DNA of 64,000 nucleotides from Myxococcota bacterium. GTDB taxonomy: Bacteria; Myxococcota_A; SURF-8. Of this stretch, positions 15,761 to 23,292 are shown piece after piece. The notes under the pieces are model-generated. The model searched no databases. It had not been told where the DNA came from and worked only from the letters and a program-made list of their open reading frames with translations. The DNA lies in contig OZ223209.1 of assembly GCA_965140415.1 (NCBI GenBank), forward strand, positions 896,001-960,000. The letters are read 5' to 3'. Made by a program: the position numbers and the translations under genes. Every line of letters begins with the position of its first letter. Positions within the stretch are counted from its first letter, which is position 1.

Positions 15761-18502
15761 TCAATCGCAGACCGGCACTAGCGAGACCGTATCCAGCGCG
15801 ATATTGTAAGCGTTGGATACGGAATTCTTGCTCATCACTTTCACGATCACGCGATGGGTTCCGGCTTTCAAGTTTTGGTTAGGATAAACCGCCATCAACG
15901 CTTCGGAACCCGTTCCACGATACAAATCGATGGGATCTCGGCCATAGGTTTCTTCTTCCAAAGCGCGATTCAATGGGCTGTCCATGAAGACCCGCACCAT
16001 TGCGGAATTGGCCTGCTGATGGAATCCCAGTTGCAATTCACCAGTGAAATCATGCTCCAACTGCAAGGTAAGCACCAACTGGTCACCCACTTCAAATCCA
16101 TGACCTAGCAGCAGTGAATCATCCGACGAGCCCGATACGTCGATCATTTCCTGATCCTGCGGCGGCAGGCAAAGATCGTGATTTACAACCTCTTCCGCCT
16201 CCCATTCCATGCCGCTATCCAGGCAATCCACTACAGGTGGAGCCGTTTCGCAGGCATCGCCAGGGAAGCTACCGTCGTCGTTGGCCTGATCGGCATTGGG
16301 TGTGTTGATGCAGTTGTCCGTGCAATAAAAGACCTGTCCCGGCAGACAGTAGGCGCTGCCAAGATCGGAAATCCCGTCGCGGTCACGGTCGAACTGGGGA
16401 GACGCGCACCGGAAGCCCAGATCTTCGGCGCTGTTCATCTGCACGACGCTGCGGCGGAAACCGGAGAGGATCGGCCTTGGACCATCCTGATACGAGCCGC
16501 CGCGTATCATGCGCACACCGCCCGAGCGTGTCAGCGGATTGGTGGCGTCGGTGGAATCGTAGGCGGCGTAAGCATCGAAAACCCATTCGGCGACATTTCC
16601 GGCCAGATCGAACACCCCGAAATAGCTGCGGCCATCCTTGGTCTGGTTCGAGCCGTCGTAGCTCCCCACCGGCATCGGATGCGACTTGCAGGGATCGTCG
16701 TCTACGCCATCGCCGTTCTGGTCGCCATAGTTTGTTAACTTGCAGGAAGGTGCATCATCGCCCCAGGGATAATCACGCCCATCCGGGTTGCTGTTGGGGC
16801 CGCGCGCGCCATATTCCCATTCCGCTTCGCTTAGCAGGCGCTTGCCGGTATATCGGCAATAGGCTTCCGCCGCCGACCAACAGATCTGAGTGACCGGCCA
16901 GAGTTCATGACCCACTTCGGGCACGGCGCCGAATTCGCCATAGGTCGTACCACAGGCGTTGTCGGTATGATTTTTCCATTGCGGCAGCGCCGTTACGAAA
17001 CTGTAATAGTCCTGCTCCGTAACTTCGGTGCGATCCACCCAGTAACCTTGGTTTAGAAGCGTGTTGTGAGTCGGGCGGGCGTTATCGCAACTCATTGCCT
17101 CGCAGCTTTCCTGGGACAGTCCCTGGAGGAAGCTGTTGGGTCGGATGTACACCATTTCACTCGTGCTGTTGCCGTTGCCCATGACGTTGGTTGCACAGAA
17201 ACCGAGTTCATCTAAGGGCCAGTCCATACAGTCCGGGTTCACCCCGCGACAGTAGCCACCTTTGCATTGATCGCTTTGCGTACCGGGTAGACCGTCGTTG
17301 CAACTCATTCCATCCTGCACCGGAGAATAGGTACAGGCATGTTGTTCCTGGCTCCATTGGTCCAGGGTGCATACGTTGTCGTCATTACAGACCGGAAGAA
17401 CGTCATCCTCGACTTCATCTCCGTCGATGAGCTCATCCGCATCGCCGTCGCCATCACCGTCGAAATCGCCATCGGGCGACTCCCACAAGCCCATCAACAC
17501 GCTTTCCAGATGTTCCAGAACCAAAACCAGTTCGGCATCGTTGGGACAGATGAAATCGATTAAGCGATCCGTTTCGAAGTCCGTAATATCCTGACCGAAG
17601 AAATACAGGTGGCCGCTCCATCCGTCGCTACAGGGACGCCCGTTGAAGCAGTAATCCAATGACTGCAAATGTCCGACGAGGTAATTCACCAGACTGTCGG
17701 CCTGATCTGTGGACAATACTCCCTGCTGCTGCTCCGTGCCACTATTCGGTGTTGTAAGTTGCATCCAGTAACTACGATCCGGGTCAAGGCGGAAGACCAG
17801 TTCGTTTTCCAGCGGGTTGTTCCGGCGATAGTCGAGCCTGGGCATTTGTTCGTAATCGCCCGGACCGCTGCATTCGCCTTCCCAGTCCAGATCGTCATCC
17901 AAATCGCCGTCTACGGTTGATTCATCCGAATCGCCGGGCAACTCATCGCCATCGGCCTGCATGAAGTGTACGATGTACTGATCCAGCCACAGATGCAGAT
18001 CATCCAGCAGCAACAACAGGCGATCATCAGCGCTGCAACGCCAGCTAAGCTCCGCTTCCGGTGTTCCTCTGAAAATCAGCGAACCGGCCAGACAAGCCCC
18101 CGTATCCACTTCATAATCGCCGGTCAGTTGTGGTAGATGTTCTCCCAGCAGTTCCCGCAGAGCCTGAATCGCTGCCGGTCCCAGTTCACCTTGCTTTTGT
18201 TCGGTGCGCACCGTCATACCGGTGAAATTATAATCTGCCCGGTAGGTTCCATCGGCTTGCAAATTGAGATCCAGACCCAGTTTTTCCGGAATGGTTGTGG
18301 AGAGTTCAACCAGCGCTTCCGTTGCGGCATCCGCAGAATCATTATCACCATCGGGAATGTAAATATCACCGTCCGAGATCTGTGTGTCACTGTCCCCGAT
18401 ATGGTATACGTTCGTTCCGGAATTGCAGGCGTATGATGCCGCCAGCACCATCATCAGGAAAAAACCGGATGCTATCGTTTTAGCCAGGACTTCATTTTGC
18501 AT
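15761..18502 (-). CDS. Multidomain lipoprotein with an FGE-sulfatase (SUMF1/EgtB/PvdO-like) domain, Cys-rich and TSP3-like motifs and a C-terminal beta-sandwich
   Basis: Lipobox-like SYAC. FGE motifs DRTEVT, PVTQICWSAAEAYC, KRLLSEAEWEYGARG, YPWG, DLAGNVAEW, RGGS and GFRC. DNCINTPNADQANDD. RBS GGAG before the ATG at 18502. Confidence 0.85.
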   Translation of the reverse strand: MQNEVLAKTIASGFFLMMVLAASYACNSGTNVYHIGDSDTQISDGDIYIPDGDNDSADAATEALVELSTTIPEKLGLDLNLQADGTYRADYNFTGMTVRTEQKQGELGPAAIQALRELLGEHLPQLTGDYEVDTGACLAGSLIFRGTPEAELSWRCSADDRLLLLLDDLHLWLDQYIVHFMQADGDELPGDSDESTVDGDLDDDLDWEGECSGPGDYEQMPRLDYRRNNPLENELVFRLDPDRSYWMQLTTPNSGTEQQQGVLSTDQADSLVNYLVGHLQSLDYCFNGRPCSDGWSGHLYFFGQDITDFETDRLIDFICPNDAELVLVLEHLESVLMGLWESPDGDFDGDGDGDADELIDGDEVEDDVLPVCNDDNVCTLDQWSQEQHACTYSPVQDGMSCNDGLPGTQSDQCKGGYCRGVNPDCMDWPLDELGFCATNVMGNGNSTSEMVYIRPNSFLQGLSQESCEAMSCDNARPTHNTLLNQGYWVDRTEVTEQDYYSFVTALPQWKNHTDNACGTTYGEFGAVPEVGHELWPVTQICWSAAEAYCRYTGKRLLSEAEWEYGARGPNSNPDGRDYPWGDDAPSCKLTNYGDQNGDGVDDDPCKSHPMPVGSYDGSNQTKDGRSYFGVFDLAGNVAEWVFDAYAAYDSTDATNPLTRSGGVRMIRGGSYQDGPRPILSGFRRSVVQMNSAEDLGFRCASPQFDRDRDGISDLGSAYCLPGQVFYCTDNCINTPNADQANDDGSFPGDACETAPPVVDCLDSGMEWEAEEVVNHDLCLPPQDQEMIDVSGSSDDSLLLGHGFEVGDQLVLTLQLEHDFTGELQLGFHQQANSAMVRVFMDSPLNRALEEETYGRDPIDLYRGTGSEALMAVYPNQNLKAGTHRVIVKVMSKNSVSNAYNIALDTVSLVPVCD

Positions 18503-18634
18503 GTCGCACTCCCTGTGCATGATTGTCCGATACGACATTTTACCATTTCCCCGCAACGAAGTGAAACTATTACAGAGAATCCCTCGCCATAGGGTACATC
18601 ACAAGATAGTGCATTGATTCTTTAGGTTTACCAG

Positions 18635-18727
18635 CGCTCATCCCGAGTGTCGTCCGAAGGGCGGAGTATCGAGGGATTTTCGCTATGGTTCGATAGAATT
18701 GGTTTTGCCAATCACTCACCATGAGCG
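18635..18727. repeat. REP-like palindromic element with two internal hairpins
   Basis: CGCTCATCCCGAGT...GTATCGAGGGA and TGGTTCGATAG...ACTCACCATGAGCG. The outer arms CGCTCAT/ATGAGCG pair. Internal stems are CGTCC-GAA-GGGCG and ATTGG-TTTTG-CCAAT. Confidence 0.6.
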
Positions 18728-18850
18728 GGATCCTTGAAAATCGCAATCATTTGTGATGCACCCTGCCAGGCTCCCACATCTGAAATTGACTTTACGTTTC
18801 AAGGGCTTTCGGATACAGTAAGCGCTGTTGCAACAAGGAATGACGTAGTT

Positions 18851-20947
18851 ATGCGCAGAGATTTGAACGATTTCGACACGTTTTCGGCTTTTATTGCGGA
18901 TTTAATCCGTGAACGAAGTCCGTTGGAATCCGTGCGCGTTTCTCCCCAGGCAGACGGATCGTTGCGCTTCGATATCCAGGTGAAATCTCTCGATTTCACT
19001 TTCTTCTGGAGTGAAGATTCTCCGATCACAGGAATCTGCAACCCGTTAAGAGACGGCTATCTCTGCTGCAACGCAGAGCCGAACGAGTCCGATTTGCTTC
19101 GCAAAGCCTGGACCGTTAAATTGACAGCCTTTCTTTCGGAAAAAATCAACCGCTTGCTCGATGGCGAACCGCCCGCCCTGCTGCAATGGCGAAACCGACA
19201 TCATCAAACGATTTCCTGGGGAATCCGACTTTTTCCGTGGTTGTTTTCCGGGTTGATCAAGAAGGGGCGCACCCGCTTCGGGGAATATACCCTGATTGAC
19301 CTCAATGAGTATGAAGGATACCTGAATCTTGTTTTCGAATCGAGACAAGCTCGGGTAGCATTTCGGCTTTCACCAAAAGGAACGGTCAAAGGAAAACCGG
19401 TGTGCTCGCGTGGTCCGCTTGAATTGCATATCATGGAGGATACACGCAGTCATAATGATCTATTGGAGCCTTTCCATGCGATTGAGCAATTCATGGGGTA
19501 CGTACTGGCTCGCTGCCTGCCGAAATCCTTTAGTCTGATCTTCGAAGGCAACGATGTACCTGCCGGGTTGCGGTCACCGGAAGTTCAACTCAATTTTCTC
19601 AATACGGAGCCGCCGGTCGGTTCCTCCATTTATGAAACGATTTTCACTACTTCACCGGATATCGTGACCATTTCGGCCTGCGATCATGAATGCTTCAATA
19701 TGTTTTCTTTTATCGCCGCGCCGCGTGAAAGTTGGCTGACGGTCATGCCTTGGTCGCTTAAACCGCGACTGGATTTCGTCGATCATGGACACAACGTGCT
19801 GCTCTCGAATCGAAGCATTATCATGGGCTCCGATGAAGTGGAGCATTCCCTGGCGCAATTGGACCACCTGAATCCATCGCCGGAAATGGCGATTTTCGTT
19901 GAATCCTGTATTCCGCGTATGATCGGTCTGGACCTGGAAGGTCCGGTCAATCGTTTTCAGAGGAAAAACACCGTTCCTCTCATTCCGTACAAGGTAACGC
20001 TTTCTGAAAAGCAGTATCTGGACACGTTCAGAGAGTTTTGGGTGCATTGCTACGAACAAATGGCCGATAAAGCCGCCGCACCGGAGTCGGATGTTGTCTC
20101 CCTGTTTGGAATCACAGACGATACAGGCGATTTGGTGTATCAACTGCTTGAACAAAACGGCGTTCGCTGCCAATCGAATCTGTTCCCGCTGCTCGACGTT
20201 CCCTCCCTTCGGAATCTACCGAAAAGCTCTCTGCTTGTGGTGAATGAATGGGAGTACATCGAGGTTCTGTTTTCCGATCTGATACAAAAACTGAATCGCC
20301 CGGTGTTGCGCCTGCCACTGCCATACGGTATTGAAGGTTCACTTTTATTCGTGCGCGAAATCGTGAAAAGGCTGCATGATCGGGATCTCATGTCGCTGGA
20401 TCAAAACGAGCAACTGTTGCAATACCAACAGGAGTTTCAAAAGGAGAAGGAGCGTATCGAAGGCGAGCGGGTAGCCATCATTCTGAAAATGGAGGATTTA
20501 CCCGAGCAACTGCTGCCCGGGCGTCGCTTCGGTCTGCCGTTTATCGATTTGCTTCACGAACTTGGTTTGGCAGTCGATTGTCTGGTGTATGTGCCTGATG
20601 CGACTTCAAGCGACCTCGTAGAGCCTTGTAGGGCAGCAGGGTTGAAGTTGGAAAACGGGGATCGTTGCACTGTGTTTCGCCGTTACGACGACCTGACGGA
20701 ACTGCTTCACGACGGTGAATTCAAGCTGGTATACAGTGAGGCGTTTCGGGATCGCAGGATCACGAGTGCAGGGAAGTTTCCAATCAATCTGAAGGCGTTC
20801 CAACCCGGATTCTCGGGAGCCGTAGCGACAGCCAGGCGCATTGCCAAAGCGCTTGAAATGAACTTCTACAAAAATCACGGTTATCGTCTGACTTCGCCGG
20901 TCGCCCATCTGCGTCCATCTGAAAAGGAGGAGCGCAATGGAGAATAA
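18851..20947 (+). CDS. Divergent nitrogenase component-1-like oxidoreductase subunit (NifD/BchN-like) with a large unknown N-terminal extension
   Basis: The C-terminal ~440 aa shows component-1 signatures: ACDHEC, LSNRSIIMGS, IFVESCIPRMIGLDL, LPLPYGIEGSLLFVREI, EGERVAI and FQPGFSGAVATARRI. It overlaps the next gene. The start is either TTG 18734 or ATG 18851 (AAGGA upstream). Confidence 0.7.
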   Translation: MRRDLNDFDTFSAFIADLIRERSPLESVRVSPQADGSLRFDIQVKSLDFTFFWSEDSPITGICNPLRDGYLCCNAEPNESDLLRKAWTVKLTAFLSEKINRLLDGEPPALLQWRNRHHQTISWGIRLFPWLFSGLIKKGRTRFGEYTLIDLNEYEGYLNLVFESRQARVAFRLSPKGTVKGKPVCSRGPLELHIMEDTRSHNDLLEPFHAIEQFMGYVLARCLPKSFSLIFEGNDVPAGLRSPEVQLNFLNTEPPVGSSIYETIFTTSPDIVTISACDHECFNMFSFIAAPRESWLTVMPWSLKPRLDFVDHGHNVLLSNRSIIMGSDEVEHSLAQLDHLNPSPEMAIFVESCIPRMIGLDLEGPVNRFQRKNTVPLIPYKVTLSEKQYLDTFREFWVHCYEQMADKAAAPESDVVSLFGITDDTGDLVYQLLEQNGVRCQSNLFPLLDVPSLRNLPKSSLLVVNEWEYIEVLFSDLIQKLNRPVLRLPLPYGIEGSLLFVREIVKRLHDRDLMSLDQNEQLLQYQQEFQKEKERIEGERVAIILKMEDLPEQLLPGRRFGLPFIDLLHELGLAVDCLVYVPDATSSDLVEPCRAAGLKLENGDRCTVFRRYDDLTELLHDGEFKLVYSEAFRDRRITSAGKFPINLKAFQPGFSGAVATARRIAKALEMNFYKNHGYRLTSPVAHLRPSEKEERNGE

Positions 20948-22253
20948 CAACCGCAAAAATCCTTTGGGAACGCCGATTAACATCGTTGCTCCCTACGTCG
21001 ATGGCGCATACCTGGCTACCAATGCGATATCGGATGCCTACCTGATCTATCATGCTCACGATTGCGGCTATTTCAAAGCGGAAAAAATTGTCGGGCACCA
21101 TGATCTGTTCTCGGATCTATTGAGATACGAGCGGATAGGGAGGGTAGTGCGCAGTAATATCGGCTCGAAGGAATTCGTGTTGGGCGGAGAGGACAGGCTC
21201 TCGCGCCGCATACGGCAAATCACCGAAACTTATCGCTGTGAAGTGCTGTTCGTAGTCAGTTCAAACGTCTCGATTCTTGCCGGCGAAGACCTGCGTCCGC
21301 ATCTGGTTGAGATGGAAGGGAAAACCGGCGTACCGATTGTCACTCTGCCTGAGCGTCACGTTTACAAGGATTACCTGACCGGCTACCTGGATACTGTCAA
21401 GGCGCTGCTTGAACGGGTGCAGTTCAATTCAGACGAGGCGTCGCACGGCGTTGCGATTACAGGTTTTGTGTTCGAACGCAATGAAGCGGATACTGCGGCG
21501 GATATAGAAGAAATCAAATCGATGTTGGCCGCGATGGGCGTTGAAGTGTCGGCGGTGTTTTTGGATGGCGGAAGAGCGCAACGCTGGAAAGAACTTCCGC
21601 CACCGGAGGCGGTGATCGACATCGCTCACGGAGAGGGAGGCGGAGCCACGCTTGCCAATCGCTATGACATTCCCTGCCTGGAGATCGGGGCGCCAATCGG
21701 AATTGAAGGAACAAAGAAATGGCTTGAGGAAGTCGCGGCTTGGTTGAACGCAGAGGCCAAGGCGAAGTCCTATATCGAATGGCAACTGGAAGGGCTGGTC
21801 GATCAACTCGAATGGATCATTCCCCGGTATTTTCTGGGGCGAGGTGCAATTCTGTTTGCCGATCGTCTTAAAATGGTTGCGCTTGCAGATTTTCTTGAAG
21901 AGATTGGGCTGACTGTACTGGGAGCAGAATGCACGTCGCATGAATTCGAAGACGATGCGAAAAACCTTCTCGCCCAGCGCTATGGCAGGCTTCCCGTGAT
22001 GGCCATGGAACTACGCGAATATATTACCGATAACATGAAGAGGGACCGGTTGCATATCGGTCTGGGTACCAGTTTGTTCAACCAGAACGCTGCCGCGCAG
22101 GGACTGCCCTTCGTCGAGATCGGTTATCCTTCGAATTTCCACCATGCTCTTTATCCAAGACCTACATTCGGCTTTGGCGGAGTCCGGGTGCTTATTGAGC
22201 GAATGATCAACGCGATCAATGCCACCGAAATTTATTATGGGAGTAACCGATGA
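20937..22253 (+). CDS. Nitrogenase component-1-like oxidoreductase subunit (NifK/NifE/BchB-like)
   Basis: DGAYLATNAISDAYLIYHAHDC, EFVLGGEDRL, ILAGEDL, DIEEIKSMLAAMG, APIGIEGTKKWLEEVA, PFVEIGYP and PTFGFGG are typical Oxidored_nitro motifs. RBS AAGGAGGAG. Confidence 0.85.
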   Translation: MENNNRKNPLGTPINIVAPYVDGAYLATNAISDAYLIYHAHDCGYFKAEKIVGHHDLFSDLLRYERIGRVVRSNIGSKEFVLGGEDRLSRRIRQITETYRCEVLFVVSSNVSILAGEDLRPHLVEMEGKTGVPIVTLPERHVYKDYLTGYLDTVKALLERVQFNSDEASHGVAITGFVFERNEADTAADIEEIKSMLAAMGVEVSAVFLDGGRAQRWKELPPPEAVIDIAHGEGGGATLANRYDIPCLEIGAPIGIEGTKKWLEEVAAWLNAEAKAKSYIEWQLEGLVDQLEWIIPRYFLGRGAILFADRLKMVALADFLEEIGLTVLGAECTSHEFEDDAKNLLAQRYGRLPVMAMELREYITDNMKRDRLHIGLGTSLFNQNAAAQGLPFVEIGYPSNFHHALYPRPTFGFGGVRVLIERMINAINATEIYYGSNR

Positions 22254-23071
22254 GAATGATTGCATTTTACGGAAAAGGCGGCATCGGAAAATCGACCCTC
22301 GTTTCTGCGCTTTCCACCTTGTTCGCCAAGAATGGGCATCGAGTGCTTCAGTTCGGTTGCGATCCGAAGAGCGATTCCTGCTTCACACTTTTGGACGGCC
22401 CAATCACCACCGTAATGGAAGAGTGGACAGAGCGCGGCGAGCAGGATTTGACTTTGGAGCACTGCTTGATGACGACACCCAACGGTGTCGATTGCCTTGA
22501 AGTGGGCGGTCCGCAACCGGGAAGCGGATGTGCGGGGCGAGGTATCACGAAGACTTTGGAAATGATAGGAAGCCCCACGGAGTTGAAGAATCGGTACGAC
22601 ATCGTCCTTTTCGATGTGCTGGGCGACGTGGTTTGTGGTGGTTTTTCCGCACCGATGCGTGAAGGCTACGCACAAGAAGTGTACATCGTTACTTCAGGCG
22701 AATTTCGATCGCTGTATGCAGCCAACAATATCGCTTTCGGAGTGAAGAAGAACGCCATCAACGGAACGCGGCTGGGAGGTTTGATCGCCAACTTGCGCAA
22801 TGTTCCGGAAGAAGTGGAAAAAATCGAACAACTGGCAAAGTTGCTAAAAACTCGCGTAGCCGGTGTCATCCCGCGTGACGATGCCATAGGAAAAGCCGAG
22901 TTGATGCGACGCCCGGTCGTCGATACCGACCCGAACTGTCCGGCTACCAAGGCGCTGATGAAGCTCTCCGAAACGATTTCCGCTATCGAGCAAAGCCAGC
23001 TCGTCGTTCCTGCACCATTGCCTCGCATCGAATTCGAAAATCTATTCTTCAATACCAGGTCAACGAGTTAG
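22250..23071 (+). CDS. nifH: NifH-family Fe protein (nitrogenase reductase-like ATPase); probably not part of a canonical N2-fixing nitrogenase
   Basis: YGKGGIGKST P-loop, GCDPKSDS, GGPQPGSGCAGRG (Cys94, Arg97), DVLGDVVCGGF (Cys129) and YAANNI. ATGA overlap with the upstream gene. Confidence 0.93.
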   Translation: MRMIAFYGKGGIGKSTLVSALSTLFAKNGHRVLQFGCDPKSDSCFTLLDGPITTVMEEWTERGEQDLTLEHCLMTTPNGVDCLEVGGPQPGSGCAGRGITKTLEMIGSPTELKNRYDIVLFDVLGDVVCGGFSAPMREGYAQEVYIVTSGEFRSLYAANNIAFGVKKNAINGTRLGGLIANLRNVPEEVEKIEQLAKLLKTRVAGVIPRDDAIGKAELMRRPVVDTDPNCPATKALMKLSETISAIEQSQLVVPAPLPRIEFENLFFNTRSTS

Positions 23072-23292
23072 AACCGGATATTACCCACCTGAAGCCTCTA
23101 CAAATGGACTAGACAAATTCTGAGCGGTGCTTCAATTGAATTCAATAAATTGAAACATTCCTACATAGGAATCAACATATTCGCTCGACGAACGGCTGAA
23201 TTATCGGTACACTGGTTTTGTAAGGAGGGGCTGACAGCAGATCGGTTGTTGTATGCGATCCGCAATCACCTAATTGAGGCGGGGTCTGAACT

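Noticed and set aside
16400-16510. Diversity-generating retroelement variable region at the end of the FGE/CLec-fold domain
   Set aside because: No reverse transcriptase and no second, adenine-variant copy were seen in the window, and the domain is internal to the protein.
18734-23071. Canonical nitrogen fixation (nifHDK), or DPOR/CfbCD
   Set aside because: The P-cluster Cys set is incomplete, no FeMo-co ligands were identified, the gene order is atypical, and no nifB/EN, bch or cfb genes are present. The Fe protein has GCAGRG, not the BchL-type GCGGY.
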